Positions 32,685 through 47,790 of a DNA stretch of 64,000 nt are shown here, piece after piece. Position numbers and translations under genes: made by a program. The notes beneath the pieces are model-generated. The model was not told the DNA's origin. It did no database searches and was given only the letters and a program-made list of their open reading frames with translations. The DNA is from Anaeramoeba ignava BMAN (lineage: Eukaryota > Protista > Anaeramoebae). Every line of letters starts with the position of its first letter. The first letter of the stretch is position 1. The DNA lies in contig JAPDFW010000087.1 in assembly GCA_028826165.1 (NCBI GenBank), positions 124,001 through 188,000 on the forward strand, in the 5' to 3' direction.

Positions 32685-35201
32685 TTATTTATCTTTTAAA
32701 ATAACAGACCATGGATGTTCTATTTCTCCATATTGTATTCCGATAATTTCTTTTTTAATTCTCTTAGTGATTTTTCCTGCACCAGAATTTGGATCATCAG
32801 GATCAAGTGGAATTTTATATTCTTGACCATGGAAATTAATCACATTAATTGGTGAAACAATAGCTGCAGTTCCAGCTCCAAACATTTCATACATCTTTTT
32901 TAATTTTTAAATATTGAATTGAATTGAATTGAATTGAATTGAATTGAATTGAATTGAATTGAATTAAATATTAAATATTCAATATTGAATTGAATTGAAT
33001 TGAATTGAATTGAATATTGAATTAAATATTAAATAGTGAATTGAATTGAAAATTGAATTGAATTAAATTAAATATTAAATATTCAATATTGAATTGAATT
33101 GAATTGAATTGAATTGAATTGAATTGAATTGAATTGAATTGAATTGAATTGAATATTGAATTGAATTGAATATTGAATTGAATTAAATATTAAATTGAAT
33201 TGAATATTGAATTGAATATTGAATATTAAATATTAAATATTAAATTGAATTGAATTGAATATTGAATTGAATTGAATTGAATTGAATTAAATATTGAAAT
33301 GAATTAAATTGAATTGATTTTGATAAAATACTCTGTTTTCTTTAACAGCTTCCATTAATTCTTCAATATTCCAATCTTTTTCAGAAACTTTGAATTCTCC
33401 CCAACCACGAGCTAAAGTTAAAATAGAATCTCTTGTAATTCCTGGAAGAATTAAACCATCATCAAGAGAAGCAGTAATCAATTCATCTTCACCATCTTTA
33501 TTTTTCCAAAATCCAAAAAGATTCATTGCACCAACTTCAGTAATCTTTTTTTCTGGACCATATAACCAAAGAATTTGTTCGCATCCTTTTTCAAGTGCTT
33601 TCATTCCAGGTAAAAGTGTTGGGCCATAATTTCCACCTAATTTTGCATTTCCTGTTCCTCCAACCCATGCTCGACAATATTCATCTTCTGCCCATAATTT
33701 TAATGGTTTAAATGCTGAAAAATATGGTCCAACTGGTGATAAGATGACATATATCTTCATTGATGTTGGAGTTCTTAAACCTAAAGCTGGCTATTTTCAT
33801 CCATTTTTGATTTTATTTAATTTAATTTTTATTTAATTTTGATTTTGATTTTGAATTGAATTGAATTTAATTTTGATTTGAATTTGAATTTGATTTTAAA
33901 TTTGATTTTGAATTTGAATTTGATTTTGAATTTGATTTTGAATTTGATTTTGATTTTGAATTTGATTTTGAATTGAATTGAATTTGAATTTGAATTTGAA
34001 TTTGAATTTAATTTTGATTTAAATTTGATTTAAATTTGAATTTGATTTAAATTTGAATTTGATTTTGATTTTGAATTTGAATTTGATTTTGAATTTGAAT
34101 TTGAATTTGATTTTGAATTTGATTTTGATTTTGATTTGAATTAATTTAAATTTACAGTTGTTCCAATTATTGTTGGTCTAATATAAAGTGAAAAATCTTC
34201 TTTTTCAGGAATCCAATCAGCATCAATTAAAACTAATTTTTCCAAACATTTCAACAATTCATCTGGATTAAAATCCTAATTTGATAATAAAAATATTAAA
34301 TATTGAATTGAATATTAAATATTGAATATTGAATTGAATTGAATTGAATATTAAATATTGAATATTGAATTGAATATTAAATATTGAATTGAATATTAAA
34401 TATTAAATATTAAATATTAAATTAAATATTGAATTGAATTGAATATTGAATTGAATTGAATTGAATTTTGAATATTAAATATTAAATATTAAATATTAAA
34501 TTAAATATTAAATATTAAATATTGAATATTGAATATTGAATTGAATTGAATTGAATTGAATTGAATTGAATTTTTGAATATTAAATATTAAATATTGAAT
34601 ATTGAATATTGAATTGAATTGAATATTGAATATTGAATATTAAATATTAAATATTAAATATTAAATATTGAAATATTGAATATTATATTTTGAATTGAAT
34701 TGTATTAAATATTAAATTGAATATTAAATTAAATATTAAATTAAATATTGAATTGAATTAAATTGAGAATTGAATTGAATATTGAATATTAAATATTGAA
34801 TATTGAATTGAATTTGAAAAGAAAAATACAGGTAAAGCAAGTCTTTTAGCAGTATTCAAAAATCTTTTCATATTTTGTTCAGGTCTAAAAAGTCGAACAT
34901 TTTTATTTTTGTCTTTATAAGCTTTCATGCCTTCAAAACCTTCAACAGAATAATGTAAAACCATAGTAGCAGGATCCATTTGAAAATTATGATAAGGCAA
35001 AATTCGAGGAGCAGAAAATCCTTGATCTTTAATCCAATCAACTTCAAGCATATGATCTGTGAAATTAATTCCAAACTTCATTGCATCTGGTTCTGGTTTC
35101 TTTTTTGGGTTCTTTGTTAGTTCAATTTTTAATTTTGTTGAATCAATATCGGGAAATTCGCCTTTTTCAAGAAATGGGTAAATTTCTGAATTTTTTTCCA
35201 T
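32685..35201 (-). CDS. BCAT: Branched-chain amino acid aminotransferase (PLP fold IV)
   Basis: Four exons (~35201-34830, ~34275-34155, ~33790-33332, ~32895-32685). Motifs FTDHML, LHYSVEGFEGMKAY, LFRP, SLYIRPTIIG, RAWVGGTGNAKLGGNYGP, EVGAMN, ILPGITR, EMFGAGTAAIVSP. Confidence 0.95.
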
Positions 35202-35439
35202 TTTTTTGTTTTTTTTTTGTTTTTTGTTTTAAAGAAATGAAAAAAAAAAGAAAAAAATGAAAGACGTTTTTTAATAATAAATTTTTTTTTTCACAATAAA
35301 ATAAATCAATTCCAAATCATCAAATCAAAATATGAGTCACTTTTTCTTTTTATTTCTTTTTTTTTTGATCAAAATAAAAATAAAAATTTTTCATTTAAGA
35401 TTTTCTTTTTCTTTCCAATCCAAAAAAAAAATTTAATAA

Positions 35440-36460
35440 AAAATAAGTTTAATTTAATATTTAATTTATAAAATATAATTTAATATTTAATTTTATTATT
35501 TAAAATAATAATTTAATTGTTTTAGATTTAAATATTTTATTATTTAAATATTTAACATATAAATATAAAAAATGAAAATAGATTTAATTTAATATTTAAT
35601 TTAAAAATTAATTTAAAAATATAATTTAATATTTAATTTTATGTTTAAAATAATAATTTATTGTTTTAGATTTAAATATTTTATTATTTAAATATTTAAC
35701 ATATAAATATAAAAATGAAAATAGATTTAATTTAATATTTAATTTATAAATTAATTTAAAAATATAATTTAATATTTAATTTTATGTTTAAAATAATAAT
35801 TTAATGTTTTAGATTTAAATATTTTATTATTTAATTTTAACATATAAATATAAAAATAAGAATAGATTTAATTTAATATTTAATTTAAAATTAATTTAAA
35901 AATATAATTTAATATTTAATTTTATTATTAAAATAATAATTTAATGTTTTAGATTTTAAATATTTTCTTATTTAAATATTTAACATAAAAATATAAAAAT
36001 GAGAATAGATTTAATTTAATATTAAATTTATAAATTAATTTAAAAATATAATTTAATATTTAATTTTATTATTAAAATAATAATTTAATGTTTTAGATTT
36101 AAATATTTTATTATTTAAATATTTAACATATAAATATAAAAATAAGAATAAGTTTAATTTAATATTTAATTTTATAAATTAATTTAAAAATATAATTTAG
36201 TATTTAATTTTATTATTAAAATAATAATTTATTGTTTTAGATTTAAATATTTTATTATTTAAATATTTAACATATAAATATAAAAATAAGAATAGATTTA
36301 ATTTAATATTTAATTTAATATTTAATTTAAAAATATAATTTAATATTTAGTTTTATGTTTAAAATAATAATTTATTGTTTTAGATTTAAAAATTTTATTA
36401 TTTAAATATTTAACATAAAAATATAAAAAATGAAAATAGATTTAATTTATAAATTAATTT
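35440..36460. repeat. Intergenic satellite, ~143-bp unit, ~7 copies, homologous to 15900-16860
   Basis: Same unit (TTTTAGATTTAAATATTTTATTATTTAAATATTTAACATATAAATATAAAAATGA) as upstream of the first BTB-TLDc gene. Confidence 0.9.
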
Positions 36461-36628
36461 AAAAATAATAAAAAAAGAACAAAATAAGACAAAATTTTTT
36501 TTCCTTTTTTTCAAATTCCACTTTTTTTTCCTTTTTCCTTTTTCAAATTCCACTTTTTCCTTTTTTTTCAATTTTTTTTTCCTTTTTTTTTATTCATTTT
36601 TTTCTTTTTTTAAAAAACAAAAAACAAA

Positions 36629-39080
36629 ATGAATAAAAATAATAATAACCAAATTCGAAATGAAAATGCAAATCAAAATGAAAATGCAAATCAAAATGCA
36701 AATCAAATTGAAATGAAAAATTTAGAAAAAAAAGTAACAAAAAATTTAATTAAAGATTATTCAAACCTTTTAAATGGAAATTCATTTACTGATTTTTCAA
36801 TTTTTGTTGAGAATGAATCAAATCATTTTGAAATTAAAGTTCATAAATCAATTTTATCTTCAAGATCTCCTTTTTTTAATGAGTTTTTAAGAGAAGAAAA
36901 CGATATTGATAAAATTTTTTTAAGCCAATTTAATAAAAAAGAAATGGAATCAATTTTGAGTTATATTTATTATGGAAATATTTCTTTTGAGAATCAAGAA
37001 AATCTTATTCAATTACTAGAAATTTCAATTTATTTTAAATTAGATTTATTGAAAGAATTTATTCAAAAAAAAATTTCAAATTCAATTAATTATTCAAATT
37101 TTTTCCAATTTTTTTTCCAAAATCGAAATTTAAAATTAAAAGAAATTGAAATAAAATGTTTTGAATTAATAAATCAAAATTTTTCCCAAATTCAGAATAA
37201 TGAGAATTTATTCAATTTAACTAAAGAAGAAATTATCAAATTTATTCAATTTAAACAAGAAAAAAAAGAAATTTTTCAATTTGATTTTTTTCAATTTTTA
37301 AATAATTGGATTAAAAAAAGAAATCAAGAGATTAAAAGGAAAGAAAAGGTTATTTCATTCTTTTTTTTCATTATTTGATAAAGATTCAATTCCAAAACAA
37401 GATTTTGATAAATTAAAAGATTTTGATTTGCTTCCAAATTCTTTTTTAATTAATTTTGAAAGAATTAATCTTGAAATTCAAGATCAAGAAAATCAGGAGA
37501 AAATTAAAAAAGAAGAGGAAATTGAAGTGAAATTGAAGAAGCAAATCAAAGATCAAAATCAAGAAATTGAAGATAAAAACAAGGAAATTGAAGAGAAATG
37601 GAAGAAAGAAATTGAAAATAAAGATAAACAAATTAAAGATAAAAACAAGGAAATTGAAGATAAAAACAAAGAAATTGAGAATAAAGATAAACAAATTAAA
37701 GATAAAGACAAAGAAATTGAGGAGAAATGGAAGAAAGAAATTGAAAATAAAGATAAACAAATTAAAGATAAAAACAAGGAAATTGAAGATAAAAACAAGG
37801 AAATTGAGAATAAAGATAAACAAATTGAAGATAAAAACAAGGAAATTGAAAGAAATGGAAGAAAAAAACAAGAATAAAGAAATTGAAGATAAATGGAAGA
37901 AAGAAATTGAGAATAAAGATAAACAAATTAAAGATAAAAACAAAGAAATTGAAGATAAATGGAAGAAGGAAATTGAGAATAAAGATAAACAAATTAAAGA
38001 TAAAAACAAGGAAATTGAAGAGAAATGGAAGAAAGAAATTGAGAATAAAGATAAACAAATTGAAGATAAAGACAAAGAAATTGAGGAGAAATGGAAGAAA
38101 GAAATTGAGAATAAAGATAAACAAATTGAAGATAAAAACAAGGAAATTGAAGATAAATGGAAGAAAGAAATTGAGAATAAAGATAAACAAATTAAAGATA
38201 AAGACAAAGAAATTGAAGAGAAATGGAAGAAAGAAATTGAGAATAAAGATAAACAAATTAAAGATAAAGACAAAGAAATTGAAGAGAAATGGAAGAAAGA
38301 AATTGAAGATAAAGATAAACAAATTAAAGATAAAAACAAGGAAATTGAAGAGAAATGGAAGAAAGAAATTGAGAATAAAGATAAACAAATTAAAGATAAA
38401 GACAAAGAAATTGAAGATAAATGGAAGAAAGAAGTTGAGAAAATGAAACCAATTTTTGATAAATATCGAGTACAATATAAAAAAGATTTGCAATATTTAA
38501 AACAAATAAAAGAATTCCAAAAGATTTTTTCAGATTCAGAAATTAAAATATTGAATATGTTAAGAAATTATATGAATGGATAAATGATAATGATTTTTTT
38601 TCTAAAATGAAAAAAGGATTTTCAGCAAAAAGAAATGGATTTAATTCTCAAAATTGGCATAAAGCAGTTGATGGGAAAGGAAAAACATTAGTTCTTATCA
38701 AAACAAAAGATAATTTTATTTTTGGAGGTTTTACTCAAGTTGGATTTAAATATGTTCAATCAAATGGAGAATGGAGTAATGATCCAAATGCATTTATTTT
38801 TTCATTAAGAAATGATAAAAGAGATAGAAAACCTGTAAAGTTTACAATCAAACAAGGTAAAGAAGGAAATGCAATTCTTTCTTATTCAGGTTATGGTCCA
38901 TTTTTTGGTGATGGAAATGATTTTTGGTTAAATTCTAATTTACAACCTGGTCAATCAAATTTTGGTTCTACTTATAATCTTCCTAATGGAATTACTTATG
39001 ATACAGATTCAGGTAAAAGTTATTTAGCTGGTTCTTATGATAAATGGGTTGTTGATGAAGTTGAAACTTATTTCATTTAA
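36629..39080 (+). pseudogene. BTB + expanded coiled-coil repeat + TLDc paralog with about 3 frame disruptions (pseudogene or assembly-damaged gene)
   Basis: Near-identical to 17271-18931 in the BTB and TLDc regions, but split over ORFs 36629, 37428, 37567 and 38607; shifts near 37330, 37850-37870 and 38545. Confidence 0.65.
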
Positions 39081-39234
39081 TTTCATATTTTTAATTTTTT
39101 TTTTCAAAATTGAATTCTATTTTCTTTTACTTTTAATCAAATTAAATTCTTCCAAACAATAAAAAGGGAAAACAAAACAAATTTTAAAACTTTAAATTTC
39201 AATTTAAAAATATCATTAAAAATTTAATTTTTAA

Positions 39235-40080
39235 TATTCAATTCAATTTATTTCAATATTCAATATTCAATTCAATTCAATTCAATTCAATTCAATTCAA
39301 TTCAATATTCAATTCAATTTAATTCAATATTTAATATTCAATATTTAATATTTAATATTCAATTCAATTCAATTCAATTCAATTCAAATTCAATTTCAAT
39401 ATTTTCAATATTCAATTCAATATTTCCAATATTTCAATATTTATTCAATTCAATATTCAATATTCAATATTTAATTCAATATTTAATATTCATTCAATTT
39501 TTCAATATATTCAATATTCAATATTCATTCAATATTTCAATTTATTCATTTTTAATATTTTATTTATTATTCAATATTCAATTCAATATTTAATTTAATA
39601 TTCTAATTCAATATTCAATTCAATTCAATTCAATTATTTATTTTATTCCCAATATTTCAGTTATTCAATTCAATATTCAATTCAATATTCAATATTCAAT
39701 TTAATTCAATATTTAATATTCATTTAAATATTCAATTCAATATTTAATATTCAATCCATATTCAATATTCAATTCAATTCAATATTTTAATATTTAATAT
39801 TTAATTCAATTCAATTCAATTTAATATTCAATTTAATTCAATATTCAATTCAATCCAATTCAATATTTAATATTTAATATTTAATATTCAATATTTAATA
39901 TTCAATATTTAATATTTAATTCAATATTTAATATTCAATTCAATTCAATTTAATTCAATTCAATTCAATTCAATTCAATTTAATTCAATTCAATATTTAA
40001 TATTCAATTCAATTTAATATTCAATTTAATATTCAATTCAATATTTAATATTCAATTTAATATTCAATATTTAATTCAAA
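39235..40080. repeat. Intergenic (TTCAA/TTTAA/TATTCAA)n microsatellite
   Basis: Reverse complement of the ATTGA repeat found in nearby introns. Confidence 0.82.
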
Positions 40081-40211
40081 TTATTTGTATTTGATTTAAT
40101 TGGAATAAAAATGGAAAAAGAAATTTATTATTTGTTTGTTTCAAATTTAATTTTCGAAAATCAATCCAAAAAGAAAAAGAAGAAAAAGAAAAAGAAAAAG
40201 AAGAAAATTTT

Positions 40212-41316
40212 CTATTTTTCATTTCCCCAATATTCCAAATCAATATTCATTTCATTCAAAATCATTAAAGCAGTTTCATGTTTTGCAGAAACTTTATTTG
40301 GTCTTTCTTTAGCGATGAAAGATCTTTTTAAATGAGGCATATAAATTTCAACAGCAAAACCAAAATTAACTTTTCTTGGATTTTTTGCTTGAGGAGGAGC
40401 GAAATTATTTCCTACGCAATATTCATGAAGAATTTGAAATGGTGTTTTATCAAATATTTCAGTCCATTGATCTTTATCATAAGTTTCGATTTTTGGGGGT
40501 GTTCGATAATCATATCTATCATCTTCATTTGGAGAATCCCAATCAACTTTGTTTAGCAAAATAAATTAAAATATAAAATAAGATTAAAAATTTAATTTAT
40601 AAATTAAAATTAAGATTAAAATTAAGATTAAAATTAAAATTAATAATTATAAATTAATAATTAAAATTAAAATTAAAATCAAGATTAAAATTATAATTAA
40701 AATTAAAATTAAAATTAAAATTAAAATTAAAATTAAAATTAAAATTAAAATATAAAATTAAAATTAAAATTCAAATTAAAATTAAAATTAAAATTAAAAT
40801 TAAAATTAAAATTAAAATTAAAATTAAAATTAAAATTAAAATTAAAATTAAAATTAAAATTAAAATTAAAATTAAAATTAAGATTAAAATTAAAATTAAA
40901 ATTAAAATTAAAATTAAAATTAAGATTAAAATTAAAATTAAAATTAAAATTAAAATTAAAATTAAAATTAAAATTAAAATTAAAATTAAAATTAAAATTA
41001 AAATTAAAATTAATAAAATTAAAATTAAAATTAAAATTAAAATTAAAATTAAAATTAAAATTAAAATTAAAATTAAAATTAAAATTAAAATTAAAATCAT
41101 AATTAAAATTAAAATTAAAATCAAAATTAAAATTAAAAGAATAAAAAGATTTAAAAGTAAAATAAACAGAATAAAAAGTTGGCAAATTTTTAATTTTGAA
41201 AAATATATCTAACCTTGAACTCCTCTATTTATTTAATTTAATTTAATTTAAAATAAAAATTTTTAAAATTATGAAATTTTTGAAATTAAAAAAAATAAAA
41301 CAAACCTTTTTGACAT
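40212..41316 (-). CDS. Small single-dsRBD (double-stranded RNA-binding motif) protein
   Basis: Exons 41316-41306, 41224-41214, 40546-40212 give MSKRGVQVDWDSP...KTPFQILHEYC..P..FAVEIY..NKVSAKHETALMILNEM, an alpha-beta-beta-beta-alpha dsRBD pattern. Confidence 0.7.
40600..41140. repeat. Intronic (AAAATT)n microsatellite, nearly perfect
   Basis: Long pure hexamer run; source of the spurious NF/IL ORFs. Confidence 0.9.
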
Positions 41317-41401
41317 TTAAACAAAAAAAAAATGAAAAATGAAAAATGAAAAAAAATGAAAAAAAAAAATTTCATTTTTTTTCCTTTTTTGTTTTTTAAA
41401 A
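41317..41401. promoter_or_regulatory. Compact bidirectional promoter with back-to-back TCATT initiator-like motifs
   Basis: 85 bp between divergent ATGs (dsRBD gene and Nup62); AATGAAA copies near the minus-strand gene and TTCATTTT near the plus-strand gene. Confidence 0.5.
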
Positions 41402-44043
41402 ATGTTTACACACCAGAATAAAACAAGTATATTCGGAAATCGAACACAAAACCAAACACCAACTCAACAAAATCAAAGCAGAACAAGTATATTTGGAAAT
41501 AAGACACAAACACAAACACAAACTCAAGGAAGAACAAGTTTATTTGGAAATCAGAATCAAAATCAAAATCAACAAAATCAACAAAATCAAACACAAGGCA
41601 GAACAGGTTTATTTGGAAATCAAAATCAAAATCAAAATCAACAAAATCAAACACAACAAAAATCAACTTTATTTGGAAATCAAAATCAAAATCAACAAAA
41701 TCAAACTCAAGGAAGAACAGGATTATTTGGAAATCAAAATCAAAATCAAAATCAAAATCAACAAAATCAAACACAAGGAAGAACAGGTTTATTTGGAAAT
41801 CAAAATCAAAATCAAAATCAAAATCAACAAAATCAAACACAACAAAAATCAACTTTATTTGGAAATCAAAACCAAAATCAACAAAATCAAACTCAAGGAA
41901 GAACAGGTTTATTTGGAAATCAAAATCAACAAAATCAACAAAATCAACAAAATCAAACTCAAGGAAGAACAGGTTTATTTGGAAATCAGAATCAAAATCA
42001 AAATCAACAAAATCAAACACAACAAAAATCAACTTTATTTGGAAATCAAAATCAAAATCAAAATCAAAAATCAAAATCAAAATCAAAATCAAAATCAAAA
42101 TCAAACACAAGGCAGAACAGGTTTATTTGGAAATCAAAATCAAGCACAACAAACTCAACAAACTCAACAAAAATCAACTTTATTTGGAAATCAAAATCAA
42201 CAAAATCAACAAAATCAAACACAAGGAAGAACAGGTTTATTTGGAAATCAAAATCAAAATCAACAAAATCAAACTCAACAAACTCGACAAACACAACAAA
42301 CTCAACAAACTCAACAAAAATCAAGTTTATTTGGAAATAATAAAACTCAAACTCAACAAACACAACAAACTCAACAAAAATCAAGTTTATTTGGGAATAA
42401 TAAAACTCAAACCCAAATTTCTACTAATCCTGTTTTATTTGCAAATAAATCACAAAATCAAAATCAAACTCAACAAACTCAACAAACTCAACAAACTCAA
42501 CAAACACAACAAAAATCAAGTTTATTTGGAAATAATAAAACTCAAACTCAACAAACACAACAAAATCAACAAAAATCAAGTTTATTTGGGAATAATAAAA
42601 CTCAAACACAGCAAACACAACAAACACAACAAACACAACAAACACAACAAAACCAAAACCAAAACCAAAACCAAAACCAAAACCAAAACCAAACTCAACA
42701 AAATCAAACTCAACAAAATCAAACACAACAAACACAACAAACACAACAAAATCAACAAAAATCAACTTTATTTGGAAATAATAAAACTCAAACACAACAA
42801 ACACAACAAACTCAACAAAAATCAAGTTTATTTGGAAATAATAAAACTCAAACACAACAAACACAACAAAATCAAACACAACAAACACAACAAAATCAAA
42901 CACAACAAACACAACAAACTCAACAAACTCAACAAAATCAAAACCAAACTCAACAAACACAACAAAAATCAAGTTTATTTGGGAATAATAAAACTCAAAT
43001 TCAACAAACACAACAAACAAAACAAAACCAAAACCAAAACCAAAACCAAAACCAAAACCAAAACCAAAACCAAAACCAAAATCAAAATCAAAATCAAAAC
43101 CAAACTCAACAAACACAACAAAATCAACAAAAATCAAGTTTATTTGGGAATAATAAAAATCAAACACAACAAACTCAACAAACTCAACAAAAATCAAGTT
43201 TATTTGGGAATAATAAAAATCAAACTCAACAAACTCAACAAACTCAACAAAAATCAAGTTTATTTGGGAATAATAAAAATCAAACTCAACAAACTCAACA
43301 AAATCAACAAAATCAACAAACTCAACAAACTCAAACTCAACAAACTCAACAAACTCAAAATCAAGATCAAAGCAAAACACAAACAAAAAAAGTTTTATTC
43401 GCCAATACAAATCAAAACCCAAGCAAAGAACAAGCAAAAGAAAAAGTATCTAAAATCCAGAAAAAAAACTTACGAGGAATTCGAGACTTATGGAGTGAAG
43501 AAATTGAAACATCAATAAAAGAATTTACAGTAAAAGCAATGGAAACAAAAAATTTAGATGGAGAAATTAACAAGAATTTAGATAAAATTATCAAATTCCA
43601 AAAGCAAGTTGAATTAGCACAACAATCATTTCAAGAATTAGATGAAGATTTAGATTCAATTGAATCACAACAAATTGAAATTTCTGATCTAATTGATCGA
43701 TTAGATCATGAAATTGACGAAATCTTTGCAAATTCAACAGAATTGGAAAAACATCCTGTTGTGATTGAAAGAGAAAACACTTATGGACTCGGTGTCACTA
43801 TTGATTCTCAGTTGATTTTTATTCGTGAAAATTTATTAGAACTTGTTACTCGTTTTAATTTGGCTCAAAATCATCAAGAAAAAGAATGAATCAGTTTTTG
43901 TTCAAATTTCTAAAATTTTGGATCATCATTTGAACTCTTTGAAATGGATTGATAAAAATGAAGCCATTTTAAAACCGAAAGTACAACAACTTGCAGAAGC
44001 TATTCAAAAAGCTTATTTAGAACAAAGTTATTTCCGAAAATAA
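41402..44043 (+). CDS. NUP62: FG-repeat nucleoporin Nup62/Nsp1-like (apparent frameshifts at ~42068 and ~43885)
   Basis: About two dozen xLFG/SIFG repeats with Q/N/T spacers, followed by an Nsp1_C-like coiled coil (WSEEIETSIKEF..LDEDLDSIESQQIEI..ERENTYGLG..ISKILDHHLNSLKWID). Confidence 0.85.
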
Positions 44044-44109
44044 TTTTTTTTTTGAAAAACATTTTTTTTGAATTGATTGAATCAATTATAATAAAACTTA
44101 AATCAAATT

Positions 44110-45300
44110 TAATTTCAATTGAATTCATTTTATTCCACTTTTTAATTTAATTATAATTTAATTTCAAAAATTAGATTTATTTTATTCCACTTTTTAATTT
44201 AATTTAATTATAATTTAATTTTAAAAAATTAGATTTATTTTATTCCATTTTTTTTTTAATTTTAATTTATTTTTAAAAATTGAATTTATTTTATTCCACT
44301 TTTTAATTTAATTGAATTTAATTATAATTTAATTTAAAAAATTGAATTTATTTTATTCCACTTTTTAATTGAATTTAATTATAATTTAATTTTAAAATTA
44401 GATTTATTTTAAGAATTTAATTTAATTTTAAAAATTTAGATTTATTTTATTCCATTTTTTTAGAATTTAATTATAATTTAATTTTAGAAATTAGATTTAT
44501 TTTATTCCACTTTTTAATTAAATTTAATTTATTTTTAAAAATTTAGATTTATTTTATTCCATTTTTTTTAGAATTTAATTATAATTTAATTTATTTTTAA
44601 AAATTAGATTTATTTTATTCCACTTTTTAATTTAATTGATTTTAATTATAATTTATTTTTAAAAAATTGAATTTATTTTATTCCACTTTTTAATTTAATT
44701 TAATTATAATTTAATTTTAAAAATTAGATTTATTTTATTCCACTTTTTAATTATAATTTAATTATAAAAATTGAATTTATTTTATTCCACTTTTTAATTG
44801 AATTTAATTATAATTTAATTTTAGAAATTAGATTTATTTTATTCCACTTTTTAATTGAATTTAATTTATTTTAATTTTAGAAAAATTAGATTTATTTTAT
44901 TCCATTTTTTTTAGAATTTAATTATAATTTATTTTTAAAAAATTGAATTTATTTTATTCCACTTTTTAATTTAATTGAATTTAATTATAATTTATTTTTA
45001 AAAATTGAATTTATTTTATTCCACTTTTTAATTGAATTTAATTATAATTTATTTTTAAAAAATTGAATTTATTTTATTCCACTTTTTTTTTAATTATAAT
45101 TTTAATTTTAAAAAATTAGATTTATTTTATTCCACTTTTTTTTATAATTTAATTTAATTTCAAAAAATTGAATTTATTTTATTCCACTTTTTAATTGAAT
45201 TGAATTTAATTATTAAAAATTGAATTTATTTTATTCCACTTTTTAATTGAATATAATTTAATTTTAAAAATTAGATTTATTTTATTCCACTTTTTTTTTA
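44110..45300. repeat. Intergenic minisatellite, variable ~50-60-bp unit containing TTTATTTTATTCCACTTTT
   Basis: The ATTCCACTTTT core recurs about 20 times. Confidence 0.85.
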
Positions 45301-45357
45301 ATTTAATTTTAATTTAATTTTTTTTTGAATGACGTGTTTATTTAGAAAAAATTTTTT

Positions 45358-45395
45358 TTTCATTTTTCATTTTTCATTTTTCATTTTTCATTTTT
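45358..45395 (+). promoter_or_regulatory. Tandem TTTCATT initiator-like elements upstream of DBP2
   Basis: Five TTTCATT copies ~50-85 nt before the ATG; the same motif precedes most genes in the window. Confidence 0.45.
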
Positions 45396-45397
45396 AA

Positions 45398-47247
<1,850 letters not shown>

Positions 47248-47439
47248 GAAAAATTATGATATCGTTCGTTTTAATTATAAAAATTCTCAAAAGAAAAATT
47301 GAAAAAAATTTAAAAAAAAAAAACGTTCATCTGATTTTTAAATTTAATAATTTAAAAATTTTAAAAATAAATTTAAAAATAAGAAAATAAATTTAAATTT
47401 AATCGTTCTTCTTCTTATAAAAATCCTCAAAAAGAAAAA

Positions 47440-47790
47440 AATTAAAAACAAATTTAAACAGAAATTTAAAAATAAATTTAAAAAGAAATTTAAAAATAAA
47501 TTTAAAAACAAATTTAAACAGAAATTTAAAAATAAATTTAAAAATAAATTTAAAAATAAATTTAAAAATAAATTTAAAAACAAATTTAAAAATAAATTTA
47601 AAAATAAATTTAAACAGAAATTTAAAAACAAATTTAAAAATAAATTTAAAAATAAATTTAAAAATAAATTTAAAAATAAATTTAAACAGAAATTTAAAAA
47701 TAAATTTAAAAATAAATTTAAAAATAAATTTAAAAATAAATTTAAAAATAAATTTAAAAATAAATTTAAAACAGAATTTAAAAATAAATT
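47440..47790. repeat. 12-bp tandem repeat (AAATTTAAAAAT)n
   Basis: Directly visible between the convergent DBP2 and Akt genes. Confidence 0.85.

Noticed and set aside
37446-43518. Long antisense or alternative-frame ORFs over the BTB coil repeats and Nup62 repeats
   Set aside because: Shadows of repetitive coding sequence on the real strand
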